Positions 1 to 9,553 are shown, counted from the stretch's first letter. The stretch: 64,000 nt of DNA from an uncultured virus (IMG/VR IMGVR_UViG_3300024252_000008) (IMGVR_UViG_3300024252_000008); one strand, 5' to 3'. Numbers and translations: made by a program. Notes: generated from the letters alone by a model not told the origin.

Positions 1-300
1 AATCCAGCAGACAGACGATTATATATTGAAGAATCCCACGACTGCGATGACTTTGTTAATGAAACAACTGGATGGTTGTCAAGGTGGAACTACGGCAATC
101 TGGTCTTTGGCAAAAGGTCTGATGTAATATTAAGGTATCAAGGTCAAGATATAATTAAACACGCAATCACACATATCCTTGATGATAATATGGATCTATG
201 GATGTACGATCCACAAGTGGAAACTTTTGTTTGGAAATATGGTGAAAAACCACCTTATTCCAAATATGATGAAATAAGAATTTTAAGGATGACGGTGTAA
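1..300 (+). CDS. Partial (5'-truncated) transglutaminase/papain-like cysteine protease domain protein
   Basis: Frame 1 is open from base 1 (NPADRRLYIEESHDCDDFVNE...HAITH...YDPQ). DCDDF plus a downstream His is a typical catalytic arrangement. Confidence 0.5.
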   Translation, partial: NPADRRLYIEESHDCDDFVNETTGWLSRWNYGNLVFGKRSDVILRYQGQDIIKHAITHILDDNMDLWMYDPQVETFVWKYGEKPPYSKYDEIRILRMTV

Positions 301-313
301 ATAAGGAGATATT

Positions 314-466
314 ATGCAATGGTTAAAAGAAATGAAACCAAAAACTAAAATGTTTGCAATGGGCTGCATTACTACTATTGCTCTTGCTCTTATTATTGCT
401 GCAGCATACTCAGGTGACTTAGATTTATTAATTAGTTTATTTGATAAAGTGGAGGCTAAGAAATGA
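314..466 (+). CDS. Small single-TM membrane protein (holin candidate)
   Basis: AAGGAG RBS; 50-aa ORF MQWLKEMKPKTKMFAMGCITTIALALIIAAAYSG..., stop overlaps the next ATG. Confidence 0.5.
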   Translation: MQWLKEMKPKTKMFAMGCITTIALALIIAAAYSGDLDLLISLFDKVEAKK

Positions 467-1041
467 AACAGATGCCTTATGGTATGGCCAGAGACTTAAT
501 GCTTCCCGGAGATGCAATTGCGTTTAATGGGACAGGTTTAGCTTCTTCAATAATTAAAGGTTATACTAAATCTAATGTCTCTCACATTGGTACTATCCTT
601 CAAGTCAAGATATCCAATACAACTATTAAACGAATTAATCTTATTATTGAGTCTACCAGTATTGGTGATGGTTTTGCTGGTGTACAGATTAATCAGATGA
701 GTACCCGGGTTAAAGCCTATAAAGGTGGGATGTGGTGGCTACCATTATCCAAGTCAGCCAGAGCTCTATTTGATGAGGATAAATTCTTTACCTGGATGAG
801 GGCCCAAGAGGGTAAGCCTTATGATTTGGTTCAAGCACTGGGTAGTGCCATTGATTTCCTGCCTGATCAGAAAGAAGACTTTGATAAGCTTTTCTGTTCA
901 GAGCTTTACGCTGAGGGTATGGAACGAGCAGGTGTTATTGGACCAATTAATGCAAGTGAGATGACTCCAATAAATGGTTGCCTACTTCCAATATTTGATG
1001 AAACAAAACAATTAACCGGTGAACCAAAAGAATTAATGTAA
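463..1041 (+). CDS. Permuted papain-like amidase (YaeF/YiiX, NlpC/P60 superfamily)
   Basis: PGD...SHIG...IES N-terminal His motif; GKPYD and C-terminal FCSEL Cys motif. Confidence 0.75.
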   Translation: MKQMPYGMARDLMLPGDAIAFNGTGLASSIIKGYTKSNVSHIGTILQVKISNTTIKRINLIIESTSIGDGFAGVQINQMSTRVKAYKGGMWWLPLSKSARALFDEDKFFTWMRAQEGKPYDLVQALGSAIDFLPDQKEDFDKLFCSELYAEGMERAGVIGPINASEMTPINGCLLPIFDETKQLTGEPKELM

Positions 1042-1055
1042 TACGGAGCTGACAA

Positions 1056-2882
1056 ATGGCAGATATATTATTATTAGAAGATGGTTCCAATCTACTCCTT
1101 GAAGACGGTTTTAGTCTTGAATTAGAAAAGACATTTATTGACCTTACTACATCTATTGAAAACACTTCAGTTACTACTGCTATTGAAATAACCCACACAA
1201 GGGCCATAATAGTCGATTTAAGCAATGTTTCTGCTTTACTGGACGTATCCCCTACGGTAACCCGGAACCTCTCTGTAATGGCATTAAATGCTTCAGCTCT
1301 ACCAGGAGGAGATGCTTTAGCATTAGAAAATGATAATAATTTATTATTAGAAGATGGGTTTAAGCTTATATTAGAAACAGGAATAGACCAACAAATTACT
1401 ATAAAGTATATTGTTGATTTAAATAATATTTCTGTAATTACTGCTACTGATATAATTATCACAAGACCAGTAGTTGCTGATTTACAGAATACCTCTGCTC
1501 TAACTACAGTAGATCCAACTACAGTTAGACTGCTTACCACCAGTCTTGCTAATGCTTCAGCTACTACAGCCATAGATCTGAAAAAGACTTTGAACCAAAC
1601 AATAAATTTAGCTAACGCTTCATCTACCACAGATATTGTAGTACCAACAATAACTCGGAATATTACAACTGTTTTATTAGATGATACACTTACTTCAGAT
1701 ATTGATCATCTGTATGTTTTTTATTTGGTTTCAGCTTTGGCTAATACTTCAGTTACATCTGGAATTGATCCGACAGTTGAAAAAACAATAACTGCTACTC
1801 TAACCAATCTTTCTGCTGTAGCTGGTATAGATAAGACGGTACCTAGAGTTTTTGTTGCAGCATTACTTAATGCTTCTTTAACTGCTGATATTGATAATTT
1901 ATTTGATGCTCAGTATGATCGAATCATACTTGAAGATGATTCTGGTTTTCTCTTATTAGAAGATGGGTATGATTTAATAATGGAAACAAGGGAACGTTTC
2001 CTTCTTGTTAATCTTGCTAATAGCTCTTTTACTACCGATGCTGGTCTTGTTGCTAACATTAATTTATTGGTTGATCTGGTTAATGCTTCAGCTGTAACTA
2101 CTACTGACCCAATAACTACTAGAGATATTTTATGTGCTTTAACTAATACTTCAGCAGTTACTGATATAGATTGGGAAAGACTTGCTAACATTATTGTTAA
2201 TTTAGCTAATACCTCAACTGTTACTGCTATTGATTTACAATTTACCAGGGACTTATTAACTAATATAAATAATCTTTCTATTACTCCTGGCATTGATCCA
2301 ATAGTTAATAGACTGCTGTTAGCAGTTATAAATAATTTATCTGCTACTACCGGAATAATCCATGGATTTATAAGATCTCTTGTTACAAGCCTGGCTAATG
2401 CTTCGGCTACAACTGCAATTGATCATAAAATATATTTACAGTTAATTGCTGATATTGCCAATGCTTCCAGTGTTACTGATGTTGATAAAATTTTTATCTA
2501 CCGATTGATTACTAATTTAGTTAATACATCAAGTACCACTGGTATGGATGCTAATGTTATCCGTCCATTGATTACAGAGATTTTAAACACCAGTAGTACC
2601 AGTACAATTGATGATGCTTTAGTTTTAAATTTACTTATGGCTTTAGAAAATGATTCTTTAACAACTGACATCACAATGGAATTCTTATTAAACTTGGTTG
2701 CTGCTTTAGCTAATCAAAGTTTAACTACTGATGACCTGGCAATTATTACACATATATTAATTTTATTGCCAACAGATGTTTTAAGTTTTATAACCAGTCA
2801 AGACCTTTTGACTATAATAAATGCCACTGATGCTTTAGCCTTAAGTGTTACGCAAGATAATATGATTGTAAATATTAATTAA
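1056..2882 (+). CDS. Repetitive Thr/Leu/Asn-rich putative virion protein
   Basis: 608 aa with about 18 imperfect ~25-30-aa repeats (LxNxSxxTxID) and three LxxEDG/LLLEDG blocks; lies in late operon. Confidence 0.55.
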   Translation: MADILLLEDGSNLLLEDGFSLELEKTFIDLTTSIENTSVTTAIEITHTRAIIVDLSNVSALLDVSPTVTRNLSVMALNASALPGGDALALENDNNLLLEDGFKLILETGIDQQITIKYIVDLNNISVITATDIIITRPVVADLQNTSALTTVDPTTVRLLTTSLANASATTAIDLKKTLNQTINLANASSTTDIVVPTITRNITTVLLDDTLTSDIDHLYVFYLVSALANTSVTSGIDPTVEKTITATLTNLSAVAGIDKTVPRVFVAALLNASLTADIDNLFDAQYDRIILEDDSGFLLLEDGYDLIMETRERFLLVNLANSSFTTDAGLVANINLLVDLVNASAVTTTDPITTRDILCALTNTSAVTDIDWERLANIIVNLANTSTVTAIDLQFTRDLLTNINNLSITPGIDPIVNRLLLAVINNLSATTGIIHGFIRSLVTSLANASATTAIDHKIYLQLIADIANASSVTDVDKIFIYRLITNLVNTSSTTGMDANVIRPLITEILNTSSTSTIDDALVLNLLMALENDSLTTDITMEFLLNLVAALANQSLTTDDLAIITHILILLPTDVLSFITSQDLLTIINATDALALSVTQDNMIVNIN

Positions 2883-2894
2883 ACAGGAGAGATT

Positions 2895-3719
2895 ATGGGA
2901 ACTTTATCCGATTTTGCTACAACTGAGCTTGTAGACCACATTTTTAAGGCAGCATACACTCCAGCTGCAACTTTATATCTTGCATTGTGCACTGCAGCAC
3001 CAACTGCTGCGAGTACCGGTTCAACTATTGTGGAAACTGATTACACTAATTATGTAAGAAAATCTTTTACCGTAACTTCTTTCAATGCAGCTGCTTTAAG
3101 AAAGATTGTTCAGGCATTGGATATTGAATTTGCTCAAGCTGGTGGAGCTTCTGGTAGTGTTATTACTCATTATGCTATCTGTGATGCCGCTTCTGCTGGA
3201 AATATGCTTGCTTTTGGTGCATTTAACAGCTCTTGGAATGTTGTGAATGGTAACACCCCAAAGATTCCTGCAGCTGAAATAGAGATATCAATTGGTGCCT
3301 CTACCAATGGCTTTACTGATGTTGCGGTACACTTGATGCTTAACCTAATGTTTAGAAATGTTGCCTGGGCTTCTCCTAATGCAACTATTCATTTTGGTTT
3401 GGCTACTGCTACTATTTCTGATTCAGATGGTATTGGGGATGTTACTGAATGCTCTGGTAATAATTATGCCCGGGAACCTGTACCTGCTTCAAGTATCGAT
3501 GCTGCAGCTGCAGGGGTAACAACCAATAATACTGGAATAGTGTTTGATATTCCTTCCGGAACCTGGGGCCTGGTAACCTCTCTCTTTATTGTTGATGATT
3601 TGTCAGGTGTTGGTGGAGATCTGCTGGCATTTGATAATACCAACATAATTGATCAGACCCCAACTACTGGTGATACAGTTCAATTGGTAGCCGGCGCCTT
3701 TGATGTAGATCTTGATTAA
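2895..3719 (+). CDS. Putative virion/tail-associated protein with two tandem homologous domains
   Basis: Two ~135-aa repeats (YLAL..T...E...NYxR...I.F....G.W/G...T...I.D...GN/D.LAF). Confidence 0.6.
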   Translation: MGTLSDFATTELVDHIFKAAYTPAATLYLALCTAAPTAASTGSTIVETDYTNYVRKSFTVTSFNAAALRKIVQALDIEFAQAGGASGSVITHYAICDAASAGNMLAFGAFNSSWNVVNGNTPKIPAAEIEISIGASTNGFTDVAVHLMLNLMFRNVAWASPNATIHFGLATATISDSDGIGDVTECSGNNYAREPVPASSIDAAAAGVTTNNTGIVFDIPSGTWGLVTSLFIVDDLSGVGGDLLAFDNTNIIDQTPTTGDTVQLVAGAFDVDLD

Positions 3720-3729
3720 GGAGTAAATT

Positions 3730-4074
3730 ATGGTTGCTAAAGCAATAATATATGAAGATCGTAGTAACCCTATTTTGATTACTTTAGTGAAAAATGGGGT
3801 TACATTAACTGAGTCTGAAATGAACCAATTCCTTAAATTTGAAATTAAGTATCAGAATACTTATTATGATTCTGATACCTATCCTCTTGCTTTTGTTGAG
3901 GATAACCCTAATGGTCAAGTAGAAATTAAACCTTATTCCCTTGGTCTAGCTGCTTCAAGAAAAAAAGGTGAATTAGTTGAATTCATTGTCTATGATGGGA
4001 ATGATCATGTTAATGGAATGTTATGGTCTCAGTTTATTCTTATCGTAAAAGATGATGCAGTTTTAGCAGCATAA
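3730..4074 (+). CDS. Hypothetical protein, probably structural
   Basis: AAGGAG RBS, 114 aa, beta-rich, in late operon. Confidence 0.5.
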   Translation: MVAKAIIYEDRSNPILITLVKNGVTLTESEMNQFLKFEIKYQNTYYDSDTYPLAFVEDNPNGQVEIKPYSLGLAASRKKGELVEFIVYDGNDHVNGMLWSQFILIVKDDAVLAA

Positions 4075-4086
4075 AAGGAAAACAAT

Positions 4087-4290
4087 ATGAAACGTGCACT
4101 TTTAATTTTTATCTTATTACTTGGTCTGGTACCCTCACTTGTTTGGGGGACGATTACTACTACAGTAAAAACAACACTTAACACTTCCAGGCATGTACCT
4201 ATTGTTGCTGCAGCTGATATTGATGTAAGAGCAATTGGTACTGCAACTGGTGCAGGTATCGCTTATAGTTTTGAAGGTTGGGTAGAATAA
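4087..4290 (+). CDS. Small protein with signal peptide
   Basis: MKR followed by a hydrophobic stretch; 67 aa. Confidence 0.45.
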   Translation: MKRALLIFILLLGLVPSLVWGTITTTVKTTLNTSRHVPIVAAADIDVRAIGTATGAGIAYSFEGWVE

Positions 4291-4313
4291 TTTAACGCGC
4301 ACCGGAGCTGATT

Positions 4314-4742
4314 ATGAGTACCCCTCAATTACTTAAAAGACGTTATACTGATCATCTGACAAAAGCATCAGATCATGATATTCTCATTGAACTATCTACT
4401 AAAATGACTGCGGTATGTTTAGCCCATACAGTAACTCAAAAAGATTTAAAAGATTTTATGAAAAGAAGTGAAGACAAATGTGACAAAAGAATCGGTGGTG
4501 TGTATACCAAGATTGACGACAAAACCAGTAAACAAAGTTCATTTAAAATTATTGGTATTGCCGTTGGTTTATTTGTTATTCTGTTTGGTGCAATGGGAAT
4601 TAATAGAGTTTCTACCACTAGTAATGCTGTACTAATAGCAAACAACGCAGAACATATTGAAAAGAATGCCAAAGCAATAAATGCTTTGGCTGGGCAACAC
4701 AAGCATTCTAAAGATTTATCCAATCTGCCGGATTCTGACTGA
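4314..4742 (+). CDS. Coiled-coil single-TM membrane protein (holin/spanin candidate)
   Basis: TM segment IIGIAVGLFVILFGAMGI flanked by coiled coils; last late gene. Confidence 0.45.
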   Translation: MSTPQLLKRRYTDHLTKASDHDILIELSTKMTAVCLAHTVTQKDLKDFMKRSEDKCDKRIGGVYTKIDDKTSKQSSFKIIGIAVGLFVILFGAMGINRVSTTSNAVLIANNAEHIEKNAKAINALAGQHKHSKDLSNLPDSD

Positions 4743-5103
4743 TTCTATCTATTTGAAGGTGTATATGGGGGAGCATGTCTTCCCCATGCATCTTTGAAAT
4801 ATCTTGAGCAAACCCAATAACCATTCCCTCTCGTACATTATTCCCAACAATTTCTGATAGTGGTTTAAAGTAAAATAACTTAACTGTCATGGCTTTACTG
4901 GCAATAACCAGGCCACTATACTCCTGTCCCACGTAAGGTACTGCTACACGGGTTATTTCACCTGAGATAGGCGCTACTATTGCTGCGCCCGGAATAACAG
5001 TATAATCAGTCCCTAAATGCTTTCTGTGGCCTCTGGGAGCACCATATACACCACTACCCATTAAATCCATTCTTATTTCATTTGAACCAGTTGGTGATCT
5101 CAT
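4708..5103 (-). CDS. M23 family peptidoglycan endopeptidase
   Basis: HxxxD (HLGTD), IVAPISG and HxH (PHIHLQI) motifs. Confidence 0.8.
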   Translation of the reverse strand: MRSPTGSNEIRMDLMGSGVYGAPRGHRKHLGTDYTVIPGAAIVAPISGEITRVAVPYVGQEYSGLVIASKAMTVKLFYFKPLSEIVGNNVREGMVIGFAQDISKMHGEDMLPHIHLQIDRISQNPADWINL

Positions 5104-5279
5104 ATTTTCTCCTTTAATCCTGGATGTCGTTTAATATGTTTTATGATTGCTGAAGATCTTAAAGGAACATATTTCTTCCTCAACTCATGCCAGTATTTCT
5201 TTTCTTCTGGTTCAGTTGTTTTAACCTGATTACAGGCTGAAAGTAATAGAACCAAAAATATAATAAATAATTTATTCAT
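5100..5279 (-). CDS. Small lipoprotein
   Basis: 59-aa ORF absent from the track: MNKLFIIFLVLLLSACNQVK..., LSAC lipobox; overlaps both neighbouring genes by 4 nt. Confidence 0.6.
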   Translation of the reverse strand: MNKLFIIFLVLLLSACNQVKTTEPEEKKYWHELRKKYVPLRSSAIIKHIKRHPGLKEKI

Positions 5280-5464
5280 TTCTTTTTCTTGTAATATGAT
5301 TTCTTTGGTTTAAGGGCTTTCTTTTTATTATGATTTGGCATCCCTTTACCAGTACCATCGTAAGCACCAAAGTCTGGTACTTCATGGTAATGACCACCTT
5401 TAACTAATGGATCATGCTCTCTTCGCATCCGTTGAACGCGTTCCCACTCTTTGCTACTTTTCAT
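5276..5464 (-). CDS. Hypothetical basic protein
   Basis: ORF coupled in minus-strand operon. Confidence 0.4.
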   Translation of the reverse strand: MKSSKEWERVQRMRREHDPLVKGGHYHEVPDFGAYDGTGKGMPNHNKKKALKPKKSYYKKKK

Positions 5465-5930
5465 TAGTTACCTGCTCTGCTCTAATATCAGCTTCAGCTT
5501 TAGTTGTAAAATAATGTTTACCACCAGAATAGCAGCCCATACCTATAAGAGCACATTTATGACTGAAGGTACAAGAAGAATCAAATAAAGTAGCCTTTTG
5601 GCCTATCTCTTGTAACTTAAGTTCAAGTCGAGCCAAAGCATTCCATGCAAGGTGGGCTTCATGCAGTAACCCTGAATCCAGATCAAGCGGTTCTAAGGCC
5701 TCTTTGAGGTAATGGCGTATCATAGCATCAGAATATCTTTCTTGGCCATTCTTGACGTGTTTCCAGCCCCCTCTGCTGTACTTATTTGCACCAAAGGTGG
5801 CTACCTCCAGAACTGCAGTAAGGGCTAATGAAAATTGTTGAAGTATTCCAGCCAATAATTTACCTTGGTCTAGTTTAGCACCTGGATCATGTTGATCAAT
5901 GTTATTAGGATCTTTTTCTTTTTGGTTCAT
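5454..5930 (-). CDS. dATP/dGTP diphosphohydrolase-domain protein (DUF5664-like)
   Basis: GAKLDQGK...V.TFGANKY....W...RY.DA..RH...D.DSGL.H.AH.AWNAL signature. Confidence 0.8.
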   Translation of the reverse strand: MNQKEKDPNNIDQHDPGAKLDQGKLLAGILQQFSLALTAVLEVATFGANKYSRGGWKHVKNGQERYSDAMIRHYLKEALEPLDLDSGLLHEAHLAWNALARLELKLQEIGQKATLFDSSCTFSHKCALIGMGCYSGGKHYFTTKAEADIRAEQVTNEK

Positions 5931-6153
5931 TTTTATAGGTCTCCTTATTTAGTAATAATTTAACCATTTTAAATTCTGGGTCATTTCTTATAGTTTCTTG
6001 GATCTGAAGTTTAAGATCTGCACGTAAGACATTCATTTCAGCTTTATTTTTATTTTGTTGCTCCTCTAATGCCACCACTAATGCTTGTACGTGTGCACCT
6101 AATTCTGTTAAAGACATATGTATATAAGTACAGATTTCATTAAGATCAGTCAT
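5905..6153 (-). CDS. Hypothetical coiled-coil protein, paralog of 6378-6602
   Basis: Shares NDP(E/D)FKM(V/I)KLL C-terminus with 6378-6602. Confidence 0.5.
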   Translation of the reverse strand: MTDLNEICTYIHMSLTELGAHVQALVVALEEQQNKNKAEMNVLRADLKLQIQETIRNDPEFKMVKLLLNKETYKNEPKRKRS

Positions 6154-6162
6154 TACAATTCC

Positions 6163-6381
6163 TTACCTAAAAGGTTGGGATAATTCTTCTTTAAATTCTT
6201 TCACTGACAAACCATGAAGACCTGAATAGACCGTACCATCAACTAAATAAGTACGCAACCAAGTATTATAACCTGATAATTTAACCTTTTTATTTTCCAC
6301 AATTTCATTAAAAGAATACCAAGTGTTCTTATTCTTTCTTCTGTGTGTATTAACTATTTTTATAAAATCTTCTGATTTCAT
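6163..6381 (-). CDS. Hypothetical protein
   Basis: ORF in operon, overlapping start/stop. Confidence 0.45.
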   Translation of the reverse strand: MKSEDFIKIVNTHRRKNKNTWYSFNEIVENKKVKLSGYNTWLRTYLVDGTVYSGLHGLSVKEFKEELSQPFR

Positions 6382-6602
6382 AGCTCTCCTTTTTGAAACA
6401 GTAATTTAATCATTTTAAAGTCTGGATCATTTTGAACCAATTCACTAATTTTAGCAGTGAGTGCCTGTTCAAGTTTAGCTACCCGTTCCTGTAAGTCAAG
6501 AACTGCATCACTACTTGCTACAGCTGTAGCTATTGTAATAGCATTTCTTGAAGTTACTCCAGCATTCAAAGCAGTTGCACTTATAGGACCATTTTTATTC
6601 AT
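6378..6602 (-). CDS. Hypothetical coiled-coil protein, paralog of 5905-6153
   Basis: Shares NDPDFKMIKLL motif. Confidence 0.5.
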   Translation of the reverse strand: MNKNGPISATALNAGVTSRNAITIATAVASSDAVLDLQERVAKLEQALTAKISELVQNDPDFKMIKLLFQKGEL

Positions 6603-7900
6603 TACAGTTCTTTTAAGTCAAAGATTTCTACTTCTTCCGGAACTTTGTCTTCATGTACTTTGTTAAAATGCCCAAATTGGAATCTGCCCGTTTCAGGGAA
6701 CCGATTATCATAGCCAACTTCGATGACACAGGGGAAGCTCCAGTTAGCTGGGTCGGTCTCTCCTTCTTTTGGTTTGAGACCTCCAACAGTACCAAGATCA
6801 ACCATATTACCTTTGGCGTCATATTGACAAATTTTAAGGGCCCCAATAATACCAGCAGGTTTGTTATTAGCGTTTTCCCAACCATAAGCTATCACATCCT
6901 TTTCATTTTTAATTTTGATTTTGTATGCAGCTCTTCTGACCGGTTTACCATTCATGGTAACTTCCATGGCTTTAGTAGTATCCCAGATAACAAAACCTTC
7001 AATTAATTTTTGATTAGCAGTAGCTGCATCAATAACAGCTTTAACTGTATTCAGACCAATATTTTGTGGTTGAAATATTAATTGCTGAGTACTGAGTAGT
7101 GGAACAATCTTTTCAATTAATTTTAACATAATTTCATATGGTTGGTTCCAAAGTTGAGCACCATTATAATAAAGGATTCCAAACACTGCAGCTTTAATAG
7201 AATATAGCGGGTTCTCTTGCAGTGCATGGCTCTTGGTCAAGTCTGCTTTAAGAGTTCCCCCGCTATTATTCGTTTTGGCTACCTTACTTGCATTCTTAAG
7301 ACATGTCATGTGAGGTAGATTCAATAATGGATCAATACATAATTCAACTGCAAATAAAGAGTTAGGAGGATATTTTTCATCTAAAATTGTTTGTACTATT
7401 TTAGGATACTTAGCTGTATGGTTATCCCAGCGCCTGGTGTATATTTCGACATTGCCTTTTGAACCAATAACAACATAATGGCATCCGCCGTTATACTTTA
7501 TAAATATTCTGGCATGGCCTGAAGCCAATAGGGTACCCATTGCTGCATCAGATATCTTTGCAGTTGGTTTGGAAAGACAGAAAGATTTAGGAATATTATC
7601 CAGGTCAAGTTCAGATAAGAAATCAGGTAGTGCTGGGATAGCATCTAAAGATGGGGTGGGTACATAACCTTCTTTAATTTTTTTATCCCAGATATATTTG
7701 TATTTAGCCTCTGCAGCTTCTTCAGGTGATTGCTCATTAGCTTTGCCAACATTAATTGCTTCATAGGTGTTAACAGTACCTTGAGCTACACCACCAATTA
7801 AACCCCATTCCCGGGTTAACGTTGCACCATTAAGAGCAAATTGGATAAATTTAATTTTACCATTGGTATTCTTTTGAATTAAATAAGTAACAGTTTCCAT
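6602..7900 (-). CDS. ATP-dependent DNA ligase with N-terminal WGR-like domain
   Basis: N-terminal REWG...AEA...KIKEGY; adenylation motif KYNG; EGFVI; YKIK; C-terminal OB fold (GTVGG...IEVGY...F). Confidence 0.75.
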   Translation of the reverse strand: METVTYLIQKNTNGKIKFIQFALNGATLTREWGLIGGVAQGTVNTYEAINVGKANEQSPEEAAEAKYKYIWDKKIKEGYVPTPSLDAIPALPDFLSELDLDNIPKSFCLSKPTAKISDAAMGTLLASGHARIFIKYNGGCHYVVIGSKGNVEIYTRRWDNHTAKYPKIVQTILDEKYPPNSLFAVELCIDPLLNLPHMTCLKNASKVAKTNNSGGTLKADLTKSHALQENPLYSIKAAVFGILYYNGAQLWNQPYEIMLKLIEKIVPLLSTQQLIFQPQNIGLNTVKAVIDAATANQKLIEGFVIWDTTKAMEVTMNGKPVRRAAYKIKIKNEKDVIAYGWENANNKPAGIIGALKICQYDAKGNMVDLGTVGGLKPKEGETDPANWSFPCVIEVGYDNRFPETGRFQFGHFNKVHEDKVPEEVEIFDLKEL

Positions 7901-8088
7901 TATTTCTCCATTGATTTAATAAGTGCATGGAATTCTTTATCAAGAGTAGAATCAAAATTTCGACATCTTTCTTTTGCTTCTCCTTCACTGGCATAAAATA
8001 AACCTTCTAAGAAATCATGTTCTTTTTGTGACTCAATAGTTAAAATATATGGAATAAATGGGATAGGTTCTCTTTGAATTTTAGCCAT
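7900..8088 (-). CDS. Hypothetical protein
   Basis: AAGGAG RBS, coupled to ligase. Confidence 0.45.
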   Translation of the reverse strand: MAKIQREPIPFIPYILTIESQKEHDFLEGLFYASEGEAKERCRNFDSTLDKEFHALIKSMEK

Positions 8089-8153
8089 TGGTACTCCTTT
8101 TTTAAATAGATCCCCTATATTTCAAGGGGATCATTTGATTAGTTAATTAATTG

Positions 8154-8318
8154 TTATGGGAGTGGTTTATCAGTAAATAGGATCCAGCCAATAAAACCTA
8201 AAGCAAGACTAATACCAAATATAATTATAAGTGGAACACTTAATAAGAATAGGAAACCAAAAAAAGCAACTAATATCAAACTCCCAATGATTTTAACATC
8301 ATCCCAGAGTTTCCACAT
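8154..8318 (-). CDS. Small two-TM membrane protein
   Basis: 54-aa hydrophobic ORF MWKLWDDVKIIGSLILVAFFGFLFLL... immediately after the gp46-like gene. Confidence 0.5.
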   Translation of the reverse strand: MWKLWDDVKIIGSLILVAFFGFLFLLSVPLIIIFGISLALGFIGWILFTDKPLP

Positions 8319-8320
8319 AA

Positions 8321-8695
8321 TTAAGTATTAAACAATGAATCAACACCTGTACCAACAGTAGGTGTCTGAGGCACTGGGGTTTCTTCAACCACTGGATCAC
8401 TGTTTGGTTCTTCAGCGTTATCTTCTTCTTCAGCTTTTTGTTTAGCTGCAGCATCTGCTTTCATTTCAGCCTGAGAACGTCTTTTACGTTTAGGCTTGGC
8501 TGGCATTGGTTTAACTTCAGGTCCTACATGTTCAGCAATTGCACCACCAACAGTAGTCGGTCCTTCAATAAGACTGTCACTGACTACATTGCCAGCATAG
8601 TCTTTAATGGCCTGAATAATCCCAGCTTCAATGATAGCACCACCATGCTTTTTAATGGTTTTAAGGATCTTGTCCTCGTTAATACTGATTTCCAT
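8321..8695 (-). CDS. N4 gp46-like protein
   Basis: Synteny after SSB; KRKRR patch; SLF C-terminus. Confidence 0.5.
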   Translation of the reverse strand: MEISINEDKILKTIKKHGGAIIEAGIIQAIKDYAGNVVSDSLIEGPTTVGGAIAEHVGPEVKPMPAKPKRKRRSQAEMKADAAAKQKAEEEDNAEEPNSDPVVEETPVPQTPTVGTGVDSLFNT

Positions 8696-8768
8696 ATTTT
8701 AATCTCCTTATAATATGAATTAATGATAAAGGCCCTACTGTTTAATAGGACCTTTGGTAATTTAAAAA

Positions 8769-9521
8769 CTAATCCTGGAAGAGTGAATCTGCTTTAGCAG
8801 TGGTTCCACCAGTAGCAGTCTGGACTTTATTGGCTTTAGGGGCCCCACTAACTACTCCTGCTTTAGCTGCAGATTTGTCTTTAACTTTTCCTTCCCAACG
8901 TTCAAGCCAGGTATCTTTAAAAGTAGCTGGTTTTTTAGCCCGGATTTCAGTAATGGTACGGCCATCAGTATGGAAAAGCTTATCTACTTCATTTTCAACT
9001 CGGGTCTCACCGGAAGGTACATATGCTCCAGTATCATTTTGAACATTTTTATCAACAATCTGTTTAATGACACCGGCAGTAATTTCTTTGTCAATCAGCT
9101 CTACAATCATGTCAACGTCTTTTGGTACTTCTTTTTTCTGATCATAATCATAGAGATTAATGGTTTTGGTTTCAGTTACCATCTGGTTAATGCCTTTGTT
9201 GCAAGTCAGCAGGGCAATACCATTAGCTTGGTTAAAACCAGGTAAGTAGTGTTTTTCTTTAGTCTTCTTGTTGATATAGAAATTCTTCTTACCTTTGTCC
9301 TTGCCGGAAGTCATCCAGAACTGCTGTCTGATTCTCTGTTTAGTTGGGGTCTCAAACAGAATGTTTAGGGCCATGGCTTCACCTGCTGAGATGGTGATAT
9401 AAGCAAATATAACCTTCAGCAGATATAGACCACTCTCTAAGGGTGAAAAACTGGTTCCAACGGAATCAGTTTCTTGCTGGATGTCTTTGTCATCAGTTGT
9501 TAGTTGATCAAGTAAACTCAT
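8769..9521 (-). CDS. ssb: N4-like single-stranded DNA-binding protein (gp45-like)
   Basis: LESGLY...YLPGF...YVPSGETR.ENEVDK.F...W.GK..DK, SLF C-terminus; synteny. Confidence 0.85.
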   Translation of the reverse strand: MSLLDQLTTDDKDIQQETDSVGTSFSPLESGLYLLKVIFAYITISAGEAMALNILFETPTKQRIRQQFWMTSGKDKGKKNFYINKKTKEKHYLPGFNQANGIALLTCNKGINQMVTETKTINLYDYDQKKEVPKDVDMIVELIDKEITAGVIKQIVDKNVQNDTGAYVPSGETRVENEVDKLFHTDGRTITEIRAKKPATFKDTWLERWEGKVKDKSAAKAGVVSGAPKANKVQTATGGTTAKADSLFQD

Positions 9522-9553
9522 ACGGTATTCTCCTTGTTAAAAATTAAAATCAA

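Noticed and set aside
947..2293. Long antisense ORFs (947-1630, 1910-2293) and similar shadows elsewhere
   Set aside because: Antisense shadows of codon-biased genes
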